Positions 1-7,355 of a stretch of 7,355 bases of DNA are shown here, piece after piece; within the stretch, counting starts at the first letter, position 1, and each line of letters starts with the position of its first letter. This stretch comes from Rotaria sp. Its lineage: Eukaryota. The position numbers and the translations under genes were made by a program. A model generated the notes under the pieces. The model was not told the DNA's origin, made no database searches, and saw only the letters and a list, made by a program, of their open reading frames with translations. Location: contig CAJNVN010000141.1 of assembly GCA_905330535.1 (NCBI GenBank), positions 137,390-144,744 on the forward strand. Reading direction: 5' to 3'.

Positions 1-250
1 CCAATGTAGCATGAATAGTGAAAAACTTTGTAGTCAAGTTTGAGATAAACCATTAAACGACAAGAATGTCTAGTATCATCATATTTCCATTCGAAAATGT
101 GAATAATGAACATACTTTGGTCGAGACAACAAACAAAATCAGTACAACCATTAAGTATTGTTAAACTGTATGCCGCACATGTTGCTTGTTATTTAACAAG
201 AATAATAAAGTATGTATCACATGAATGAAAGATGGCAACGGATTCATCAC

Positions 251-870
251 TCAGCCATATGAGTGTACTATGAAATTTTTTGAAGAAGAATTGTCGATGA
301 AATCCAAAACGGCTGATAATTGGCAAATGATTGATCTTTTATAGGCGATCTTTTCAGAAAGATTGAAATGAAAGAAAATCATGTGTGATTCACTTTCAGA
401 ACAGTAAGCATAAGTTTCACCATTGAAAAATATGCTTCTTTTCCCCAATTTTTTTTTCAACACAGTAATAAATGTAAAGTGCACTTCATTGGCAATATGA
501 TCATCAGCATATTTTGCTTTTGCAATTATATAATGGATTATATTTGTCTCAAGTGTAATTTTGAATCTGGAACATTGTAAGATAGGTTCCTCTACTCGCT
601 ATTGACCAATTGATATCGGTTTTAAACAACTCCAAATATCAATTGATTTACTGCCTTTCGAACAAACGAGCAGAGCACTGTTGAAGACGAAGTCCACATA
701 CAGCAAATTATCAATATTCAATTGTAGCATGACTTTCTGATAATGCATACATATTCTGGATGAGTTTTAAGTGATGTGAATTCGTTCTGTGGCAAGTCAT
801 ATTCTTCAAATTTACCAGATCAATAACCAGCACTTGTACAAATAATAATAAACTTCCCTTGAAGAAGTAT
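251..870 (-). pseudogene. Degenerate WD-like blade region at the C-terminal end of the gene
   Basis: Fragments FIIICTSAGY*SGKFEEYDLPQNEFTSLKTHPEYV and YVDFVFNSALLVCSKGSKSIDIWS (ends at TAG 599-601), then the 251-484 ORF. Similarity to WD blades is weak. Confidence 0.4.
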
Positions 871-884
871 AAGCAGAATATGCT

Positions 885-1493
885 TTAACTTACAGCATAA
901 ACAATGCCAATTACATTTTTCATCAAACACCAATCCGAAGACTGCATTTCATTTTTAATCATATGTAACGCACAATTACATTGACATTGGCAAAGTAGAT
1001 TGTAAATCAATTCGGACAATACATCAGAAAAATGTACTAATCGAGAGGAAATCTCGAAAACAAAATTGTTCGGATATTTTTCAAGGATGACAGAAACTAT
1101 TTGATATTGTGTAAGAAGAAATCGAAGTTGGACAAATGAACTTTTAGGTGATAATCGATCACTCATTTTGTAACATTGAAAATAACTCGACATGAATTCA
1201 TAGTCGTAGACAAAACAAGGTTCATCCAAATAGTTGTCGATATTTCTGCACAATTAATTGATTCGTCTGATATTGAATTTTCGATTTTGTGTGAGATGTC
1301 GATTAACAAGAATCGAAGAAATTCCATGACTTTTTTCTATTAACTTTCGAGATTTAATTTCAAATGATTGAGTATGAAAATTGGGAAAACCCAGAATATT
1401 GTCGGCAAAGTAAGCACGTCGAACAAGCTCAATTGTCTTGATTTCTTCATCATTTAATATTTTATATTCATGAAAATTGCGATGATAGTTAAA
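885..1493 (-). pseudogene. Region between NACHT and WD repeats, one frame with a single TAA at 1254-1256
   Basis: Reads FNYHRNFHEYKILNDEEIKTIELVRRAYFADNILGFPNFHTQSFEIKSRKLIEKSHGISSILVNRHLTQNRKFNIRRIN*LCRNIDNYLDEPCFVYDYEFMSSYFQCYKMSD...VILEKYPNNFVFEISSRL; a GTAAGT donor-like site follows GIVYA at 893. Confidence 0.7.
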
Positions 1494-2067
1494 TGAGAAA
1501 ATGAGTTTAATCGAATCTTAATCAATCATGACACCCTTAGGGGAAATAGTATTTTCGATTTTCTAAATTTTTTCTATCCGATATAATCTCAATTTTGATC
1601 TACTTTGTTCAATTCAACACTCTTTTTAAGCAATTCAAATTCCGTTGCTATTTTTTTCAATATCTACAGCAGTTGTCTATAACGGTTATTTCAAAAAAAA
1701 CATTACATTTATTTCAAGATTGGTGCAATCAATTACATCGAAAATCTAGAATTAATTGTATTCATATTGAAACAAAGGATCTGAAAATCAATGTCAATAT
1801 GAAACATATATTGACTGAGTTAGTAATTATAAAGATGAAGAAACGTCCAAAAATCGCTGTCATATACTTCTATCATTTTCGAAATAGTAATAGTTGTTTA
1901 TGCAAAACTGTCTCAATTCTTGGATTCGATTTGGTCAAAAAAAGAAAAGTGTTCACATTGCTTGAGCTATGTAAGTATTTAGTTTGGAATAAAATCGTTA
2001 GCAATTCTAATTGATTAGGCAAGTGACTATTTTAGATTGAAATCCACTAAATAAAATGTACCAATAA
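1494..2067. other. About 570-bp interruption within the NACHT pseudogene, possible insertion or unrelated sequence; contains a 139-aa + strand ORF (1595-2014)
   Basis: The left homologous flank ends ...DNTPIIY at 2068 and the right resumes FNYHRNF at 1493, residues expected to be adjacent. TAAAT occurs at both edges (1490-1494 and 2065-2069). No TIRs recognised. Confidence 0.4.
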
Positions 2068-2568
2068 ATAGATTATGGGCGTATTATCGACATATTTTTC
2101 CACGAGGTTGTTTTGCATATCATTGCGCATACGAATCCATAGCGTACTCGGTATTCGAAAAATGTTAACTGGTGAAAGATAGTGGACAAATATGGCTTGA
2201 AGAACTTGATTGTCGGCACTCAGCATATCTTCCAGTTCGATTGCAGTGAGACCTCCTCCTTGTTGAAGATAAGCCATCGCTCGTTTAAAAAACACTTCGT
2301 TGTGCTTCTTCGATAATTGAGAATATAAATAGTCTATGCCATCATTGGCTTCTGTTATATTCAGTATAAACAGTATGAGATTGAAGTTTTGACTGTGACC
2401 AACTCGTTTGAAGCGAAGACATCGACGATCGCGTTTTAACCATGACTGAAATACTTCCTTAGCCAAATCTTCATGGAATACGGTTATTTCAATCATTGAA
2501 GCATCGCCAAGAAGTGACTGTAATCCATGAAGAATTTCGTATTTTTCTGGAGGATCTTTTTTTTTCCT
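2047..2568 (-). pseudogene. NACHT-distal helical/winged-helix region
   Basis: PPEKYEILHGLQSLLGDASMIEITVFHEDLAKEVFQSWLKRDRRCL...GGGLTAIELEDMLSADNQVLQAIFVHYLSPVNIFRIPSTLWIRMRNDMQNNLVEKYVDNTPIIY. The start at 2568 is approximate. Confidence 0.8.
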
Positions 2569-2629
2569 CAGAAATCATCGGTATTATAGATACAATGCAT
2601 TTGAGATTCTGTGAATAGTTGGCCAGTAA

Positions 2630-2908
2630 TTATTTTGAGCAGTCGTAGTTTTCAATTTGTAGTTGATCGATTGAATCAAAGAGAAGAACGAGGGTTTCAT
2701 CTGTCGGAATTTGAGTCAAAATTTGTTCAAATATTTTCTTTAACTTCTCAATTTTTATTGATTCACTGATAGAAGAAAGTCGGATATCATAGATAGCACA
2801 GATTTTTTTCATCATCGAGATTAGTGATTGACGAATGTCACTTGATAATGGCGTTGTACTAAGAAAACGTAATATGATAGAGACGGAGCTTGAGTTAGGA
2901 AATCACGT
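2630..2908 (-). pseudogene. NACHT core with Walker B (LVLLFDSIDQLQ)
   Basis: Continuous reading: FPNSSSVSIILRFLSTTPLSSDIRQSLISMMKKICAIYDI...ETLVLLFDSIDQLQIENYDCSK*, then LLANYSQNLKCIVSIIP after the TAA at 2630-2632. The upper boundary extends above the called ORF start at 2815. Confidence 0.8.
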
Positions 2909-2914
2909 TGAAGC

Positions 2915-2964
2915 CTTATAAGTAAAGTAGATGTAAGGTTTTATTAATATAATACTAAAATCAC
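2915..2964 (-). other. Probable 50-bp intron just after the P-loop segment
   Basis: Minus strand ATCAAG|GTGATTTTAG...TTATAAG|GCTTC separates the AEVAIK segment from the ILRFLSTTPLSSDIRQ segment. Confidence 0.5.
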
Positions 2965-2991
2965 CTTGATTGCCACTTCAGCAATAATAGA

Positions 2992-3014
2992 AGATTTTCC
3001 TTGTCTGATTCACC
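2992..3014 (-). pseudogene. NACHT Walker A (P-loop) with 1-nt deletion
   Basis: GGTGAATCAG-ACAAGGAAAATCTTCT; one inserted G gives GGT GAA TCA GGA CAA GGA AAA TCT TCT = G E S G Q G K S S, followed by IIAEVAIK. Confidence 0.75.
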
Positions 3015-3585
3015 ATACATTGTGTATGGTCGTGATTCATTCTACAATAAAAAATTGTTGATCTATAAAATGTGACGATGAGATCTGCTCTATGAATTAT
3101 CAATGTTCACCTGCACAAATATATTATCACGTGGAAAATATCGTTCATTAAACATTCTGCACTGAATTTCATGTTCCAAAACTTCGTCCTACAAAATGTC
3201 TGTTGGTCGAGTTTGCTTCATGTGATAATCGACTTGATTCTTTATAGCAGTATAGAAATCGTCTTTAAAATCAGCCAGATATTTCATTCTACTTAATTCA
3301 TCTGTTCAATTTAACCTAAAAATTAATATTATGTATCTCAGTAGTTCGAAAACTTCTTTGAACAAACCCGATATGTGACCATGTTATTCGAACCAAGTTC
3401 AGTTTCGACAAAAGCCTTCAAGTTTGTTAGCAGTAATTTACTATGTTCATCATTTGTATCGCTAAACTTCACTTTGAGTTTCGAGTCAAAATGATCTATA
3501 TCATCTATTTCGCGAAAGAAAGCAACTATGCGTTGCAGTTGATTTTTATTGTTGTTCAATGCTCGATAAATTTATTTCGCTGTTA

Positions 3586-3633
3586 CTAAACATTTTGATA
3601 TGCATATCGGATGACGAACTTTGATCAACTCAC
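3586..3633 (-). other. Probable 48-bp phase-1 intron
   Basis: Minus strand TCAG|GTGAGTTG...ATGTTTAG|TAACAGCG joins EYDRNEFHIS to VTAK*IYRALNNNKNQ. Confidence 0.65.
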
Positions 3634-3918
3634 CTGATATGTGAAATTCATTTCTGTCATATTCACTTAAAGTCTTGTATCAGAGGCTTGACGCAAGATC
3701 TTTTGGAGTTTCTCATTGGACGCATTCCATTCATTTTTTCTCTTGGAATCGATGGATTGGAGAACATAGACAGGATCGAGTAAATTTTCATCTAATCGAT
3801 ACGTTTGATTTACAAAAAGTCTTTTGTCTGAAGACAAAACGCTTTCAAGTGGTTGAAAAATGTTTTTGACAATTCGTACGGATAGCATCCTACTTTCATA
3901 TCAATGAATTAACAGAAT

Positions 3919-3978
3919 CTAAAATAAGATCTAATCATTTTTTAAATCTCGGTCGTCAGTCAATTTGAAGGAACTCAC
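3919..3978 (-). other. Probable 60-bp intron
   Basis: Minus strand GCT|GTGAGTTCC...TTATTTTAG|ATTCTG joins SPATNCA to ILLIH*YESRML, resembling ATNFVxLLxxxYGxRxLP of the family. Confidence 0.6.
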
Positions 3979-4173
3979 AGCACAATTGGTCGCTGGCGAG
4001 TGACGATAAAATTGTTGCAACTCTTGCAAACATGTGTCCACAGTCGAATCAGTAACCAATACAAGTAGCAACAATATAGTCACCCTGAAACTGAATGTTA
4101 TACATCTTTTGGCAATATTCTCGGAGTTTTTGATAAACTGATAAAATAAGTGCATCACGTTCTTCGACTGTAT

Positions 4174-4227
4174 CTTCAAGTGTAAACGCACATGGTACAG
4201 TCATTGGTTGATTAAAAGAAAATTTAC
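4174..4227 (-). other. 54-bp phase-1 spliceosomal intron that keeps the ORF open if unspliced
   Basis: Minus strand ACAG|GTAAATTTTC...TTACACTTGAAG|ATACAGTC. Removing it restores STFT-D-TVEERDAL, the expected DUF4062 motif. Confidence 0.85.
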
Positions 4228-4306
4228 CTGTAAAAGTAGAACTGATGAAGACCCGCAATGAATTTGATTTATGATCGGGAACATCGACAAGAGGACCCTG
4301 AAACAT
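4174..4306 (-). pseudogene. 5'-most recognisable exon of the NACHT gene: N-terminal part of DUF4062-like domain (MFQGPLVDVPDHKSNSLRVFISSTFT), including the intron to 4174
   Basis: VFISSTF...ERDAL signature. ATG at 4306 is preceded in frame by TAA and is itself inside a TTTCAG|GGT acceptor-like sequence, so the true start is uncertain. Confidence 0.75.
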
Positions 4307-4478
4307 TGATTATTCATTGTCATCTGTTTTGACTCATTTAAATTATATGAAATAGTCCGATCATCATTTGACATTTTCATTGTCTAGTAAAAGAAATTTG
4401 CTGAAGGTCAATTCTATTATTATTTGAAACAAAGACAATTCAGTCAATGATAACGATTAATCAACATGTTTGCAAAAA

Positions 4479-4541
4479 GGGTGTGGATGTGGTTCTCCGG
4501 TTGAAAATCCTACAACCACACCCCCACCCACATCCACACCC
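4479..4541. repeat. Perfect 14-bp inverted repeat with 35-nt spacer
   Basis: gggtgtggatgtgg (4479-4492) and ccacatccacaccc (4528-4541) are exact reverse complements. Confidence 0.85.
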
Positions 4542-4680
4542 CATGGGTACACTGACTTCCACATTACTACACTGACATCCACTCTCACACTCCCACACAC
4601 ACACCGCACAGGAACGCTGACACCCAAACAGACCCGCATCCACATCCGGACCCGCCCACACCGCATACCCATACCCTGAA
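4479..4680. repeat. Low-complexity telomere-repeat-like patch (TGTGGG/CCCACA variants), beginning with an inverted repeat
   Basis: gggtgtggatgtgg ... ccacacccccacccacatccacacccc ... cactctcacactcccacacacacaccgcaca ... cgcatccacatccggacccgcccacaccgcatacccataccc in otherwise AT-rich DNA. Confidence 0.6.
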
Positions 4681-5525
4681 AGACAAGATTATTTGGAAAA
4701 GAAAATTCCTAAGGTGAACCCGTACTCTAAACTCCGAAGAAAAAATTTTATTTTAGAAATTGATAAATGATGCATCAATGGATGCAGGTTTGCATACTAA
4801 TTCCAAATATTTCTTTATTTTCCCGCCAAAGTACTTCTGTAGTAAAGAAAGCGCGAAAAACATTCTCTGAAAGTTTTCTCGACATCAGGTTAATGAAAAA
4901 AATGACGGTCGCCTTTCAAACACACCTAACATAAAAAAGAATGATTATTTTTTCAAAGCGAACACTATTCGCTACAATTTGACCTTCTTTATACTAAACT
5001 TGAAAAAGATCTGTTTGATATTTTTCACCAAATATCCATTGTACGTTATTCCGTTGGTGTTATACTGAAAATTGTTCTCGATCCTTTTTTTTGTTATTCT
5101 TATACCTCTTTTTTTTTGTTCGAATATAATTCGTCGAACCACTAGAATCAATTATACTCATAGATCATTTTATGATGCTAATCAAAAATGATAGTTTGTA
5201 TTTGGTTTTTAACTCAAAGGAATAATTTTCTTAAAAATTAAATAAAAAAAATTATTTTACTTTTGAATAAGTAATTTTGTTATTTCTCCATCAGGTTTAT
5301 TAATTGGATCATAGGGTTTCCATCATGTTGTTCATTCTTTTTTCATACTCAGTTATTGTTGATGAATATGAGCAGTAGGTCCATCTAATTTATTTTTTTT
5401 TGTAATAAGAGTTTTTATTGTCTACCTCATTTTTTCATTGTTAATAAATGATTGATACTTGCTTTATCGCAATCCATTGAATGAATCAACGATTAAATTA
5501 TAAAAAAAAGATTTTGTAAGTTAAC

Positions 5526-5556
5526 ATGGAGAGATGGTTATGGGTATGGGTGGATG
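5526..5556. repeat. Short G-rich telomere-like patch
   Basis: gagatggttatgggtatgggtggatgtgatt, GGGT-rich on + strand. Confidence 0.3.
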
Positions 5557-5682
5557 TGATTCAACAGGTTAGTCTGACCCACAAACCCTCTTCTTTTATT
5601 CTATATTCACACACACCGTCAAAAGTTCGAGAAACTTTCAATATTAACTATTCATTCGATCATAACTCAATCGAATCAGCAA

Positions 5683-5753
5683 TGAATGACAATAGTAGTG
5701 GATCAGAGCACTCAGTCACTTCGAATAATGCATCACAATCTAATTCAATGAGA
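5683..5753 (+). other. Possible short first coding exon with 5' splice donor
   Basis: ATG AAT GAC AAT AGT AGT GGA TCA ... reads MNDNSSGSEHSVTSNNASQSNSMRR and ends at a consensus-like AC|GTAAGT donor; no homology or confident downstream exon. Confidence 0.15.
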
Positions 5754-6302
5754 CGTAAGTAATCAATATTGATGATTGACAAAAATTAATGGAAAGACAC
5801 ATTTTTCTCACTGATTTTGTATCGGAAATCGGCTTGTAGGAGAGAGAGTACTTGAGCCTGTAAATTAGGATCGTTTTCAGAAACCTGATTCATTTCTCGT
5901 TCGATAGTGATAAATACTCAGATTTTCTGTTTAATTGAAGTCAAACAAAACCCTTTGTTTTTAAATGGCGCTGAAGTCATCATTTCAAAAATCGAGATAT
6001 GATAGCGACGAATTGATGACGAAATTTCTTTACTGTCCGTCCAAAACGAATTGGAATGGTAGTTTTCGTTTTCCAGACAAAGAAATATTCATACATCTCA
6101 CTGCTATTTTTCTTTCTATGATCGGTTATAACGATTTCAAAATCGAAAAAGAATATTATTATACGAAACATTTTTCTTTTGTTGTAATACAAATTAAAGT
6201 GATTATTGGTATCCTTTCTGTCGAAATGTAGACCAGCGATTATTATTTTGTAATATTAATTAGCAGGTGCATGTGTGCTTGCAGACATGTATATAATGAA
6301 GA

Positions 6303-6365
6303 TCCACACCCACCCACACCCACACCCCATCCATCTCCACTTGACGATGTGCGTGTGGGCGTGTC
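6303..6365. repeat. C-rich telomere-like patch followed by short G-rich tract
   Basis: tccacacccacccacacccacaccccatccatctccac (two exact CCCACA units at 6313-6324), then gatgtgcgtgtgggcgtgtcg. Confidence 0.5.
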
Positions 6366-6656
6366 GTAGCTGTGGCTAAAACATTGATCCATACCCACCC
6401 CCCTGAAATTACTAATTGTGACAAAACGTTCAGTTTTGAGCGATTTTTTATTCACAAACATGAACATTAAAAAAACTATTTTAAACGAAGTACAGTTGCA
6501 GTGAAATGTCAACCATTTTTAACCCACCACTCGAGGAAAATAAAACTAAGACAACGACGAAAAATAGTTTCTCATATGTATTAATTATGATTGTGAATGG
6601 CAAGGACTGGTCTGTCAGGTTTGTTGACTGGAAAGAAAAATTAAATAACATTTATG

Positions 6657-7355
6657 TTACCAATGATAAAATTGATTATCGTCATTCACATCATTTGTAC
6701 TGCAACCAGGAGTCCACATCGAAAGTTTAGTTATATTTGTAAATCCAAGTTTTGCTGCAGAACTGTTCGATTGAATAGTAAAAAAATCGCATTGATTGAC
6801 GTCGCCGACAAACAATGGATCTGCTATTACACTACCGTTGTCTTGTCCAGTTTTTTGCCACTCTGCAAATGATGTTTGCTGTATCCCGAATAATAAAGAA
6901 CTACCATATGGATTATAATACACATTGTTACTAAATGATACAGAGACGTTTACGGCATCAGATTTGAATGCAGAATGATTACTTCCTTGAAATGTATCGT
7001 AGACAATATTACCCGTAAATGTCCATGAAAGATGATTTTCAGTATTCATAATACGAAGATCACCGTCTGGAATGGGATCGCCGGCCTGTGGTGGTTGGAT
7101 TACTGACGTACGTGCAAATACATTATTAATGATAGTATTATTAGCACCATAATGTTGAAACAAACCACCCCAACCAATATTGTATACAACATTATTCGAG
7201 ACCATAATCCCAGACGAGCCTTCATCTAGATAAATACCCCACATATAGGCAGCATAGCTAAAAACGTTTTTGATTACATTGTTAGTAATTATCGTTCCTG
7301 GTTGGATACCGAGTGTATAAATGCCACCTTGATCACAAAGAATATGTTGTCCAAT
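6657..7355 (-). CDS. Right-handed parallel beta-helix (pectate-lyase-like fold) repeat protein, C-terminal part, 5' truncated by the window edge
   Basis: Frame is open from 7355 to TAA at 6657-6659: IGQHILCDQGGIYTLGIQPGTIITNNVIKNVFSYAAYMWGIYLDEGSSGIMVSNNVVYNIGWGGLFQHYGANNTIINNVFA...IADPLFVGDVNQCDFFTIQSNSSAAKLGF. Recurrent NNxI/V rungs and the GGGIYTLG/GIYLDEGSSGI/QHYG motifs are typical of bacterial beta-helix proteins. The ATG at 7244 is internal. Confidence 0.85.
   Translation of the reverse strand: MGQHILCDQGGIYTLGIQPGTIITNNVIKNVFSYAAYMWGIYLDEGSSGIMVSNNVVYNIGWGGLFQHYGANNTIINNVFARTSVIQPPQAGDPIPDGDLRIMNTENHLSWTFTGNIVYDTFQGSNHSAFKSDAVNVSVSFSNNVYYNPYGSSLLFGIQQTSFAEWQKTGQDNGSVIADPLFVGDVNQCDFFTIQSNSSAAKLGFTNITKLSMWTPGCSTNDVNDDNQFYHW

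Larger units (their letters stand above)
251..4306 (-). pseudogene. Decayed DUF4062-NACHT-(WD-like) STAND/NLR-type gene, fragmented over all three minus-strand frames
   Basis: Collinear protein fragments on the minus strand: LRVFISSTFT+DTVEERDALILSVYQKLREYCQ; TCLQELQQFYRHSPATN; YRLDENLLDPVYVLQSIDSKRKNEWNASNEKLQKILRQAS; FFREIDDIDH; DELSRMKYLADFKDDFYTAIKNQIDY; GES/QGKSSIIAEVAIK; ILRFLSTTPLSSDIRQSLISMMKKICAIYDI; ETLVLLFDSIDQL; FHEDLAKEVFQSWLKRDRRCL; GLTAIELEDMLSADNQVLQAIF; RIPSTLWIRMRNDMQNNLVE; YDYEFMSSYFQCYKMSD; LLVCSKGSKSIDIW. Order matches DUF4062/NACHT/WD (NWD-like) proteins. Multiple in-frame stops and frameshifts. Confidence 0.85.

Noticed and set aside
3675-3869. + strand ORF 3675-3869
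   Set aside because: Antisense to the YRLDENLLDPVYVLQ segment of the NACHT relic; shadow ORF.
251-4306. Alternative genetic code or stop readthrough for the NACHT gene
   Set aside because: TAA, TAG and TGA all interrupt it and frameshifts are also present, so decay is simpler than recoding.
4457-4679. Three overlapping ORFs on both strands in the telomere-like patch (4457-4672 -, 4461-4661 -, 4470-4679 +)
   Set aside because: Translations are low-complexity by-products of CCCACA/TGTGGG-like repeats; no coding support.
4680-5520. AT-rich stretch with poly-T/poly-A runs as a possible retroelement tail or promoter
   Set aside because: No target-site duplication, no reverse transcriptase motif and no flanking coding sequence to support it.
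5965-6512. ORFs 5965-6231 (+), 5980-6192 (-) and 6243-6512 (-)
   Set aside because: No recognisable domain; two overlap antisense and one contains the repeat-derived GWGVGVGG segment.
6506-6872. + strand ORFs 6506-6730 and 6654-6872
   Set aside because: No recognisable domain; the latter is antisense to the well-supported beta-helix CDS.
1-7355. CRISPR array, toxin-antitoxin, phage-defence or tRNA/rRNA features
   Set aside because: No regularly spaced direct repeats or RNA gene motifs seen; short introns indicate eukaryotic DNA.

Overview
AT-rich, intron-bearing eukaryotic DNA. The short GT-AG introns, TGTGGG/CCCACA-like patches and a bacterial-looking beta-helix gene together suggest a bdelloid rotifer subtelomeric region (inference; no taxonomic marker seen). 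The minus strand from about 4306 down to about 251 carries a decayed STAND/NLR-type gene. In order it has a DUF4062-like N-terminus (LRVFISSTFT|DTVEERDALILSVYQKLREYCQ), a linker (YRLDENLLDPVYVLQ), a NACHT P-loop split by a 1-nt frameshift (GES-[fs]-QGKSSIIAEVAIK), the RFLSTTPLSSDIRQ segment, Walker B (TLVLLFDSIDQLQ), a NACHT-distal segment (GLTAIELEDMLSADNQVLQAIF...RIPSTLWIRMRNDMQNNLVE), a helical linker and one or more poor WD-like blades. All three stop codons and several frameshifts interrupt it. Three to four short introns (48-60 bp) can be placed, and a roughly 570-bp interruption splits a normally contiguous IIY/F-YHR motif. The middle of the window (4479-4680, 5526-5556, 6303-6365) holds G/C-skewed telomere-repeat-like islands, one with a perfect 14-bp inverted repeat. 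The right end (6657-7355, minus) is the 3' part of an intact right-handed parallel beta-helix protein that runs off the window. No CRISPR, rRNA, tRNA or reverse transcriptase was recognised.
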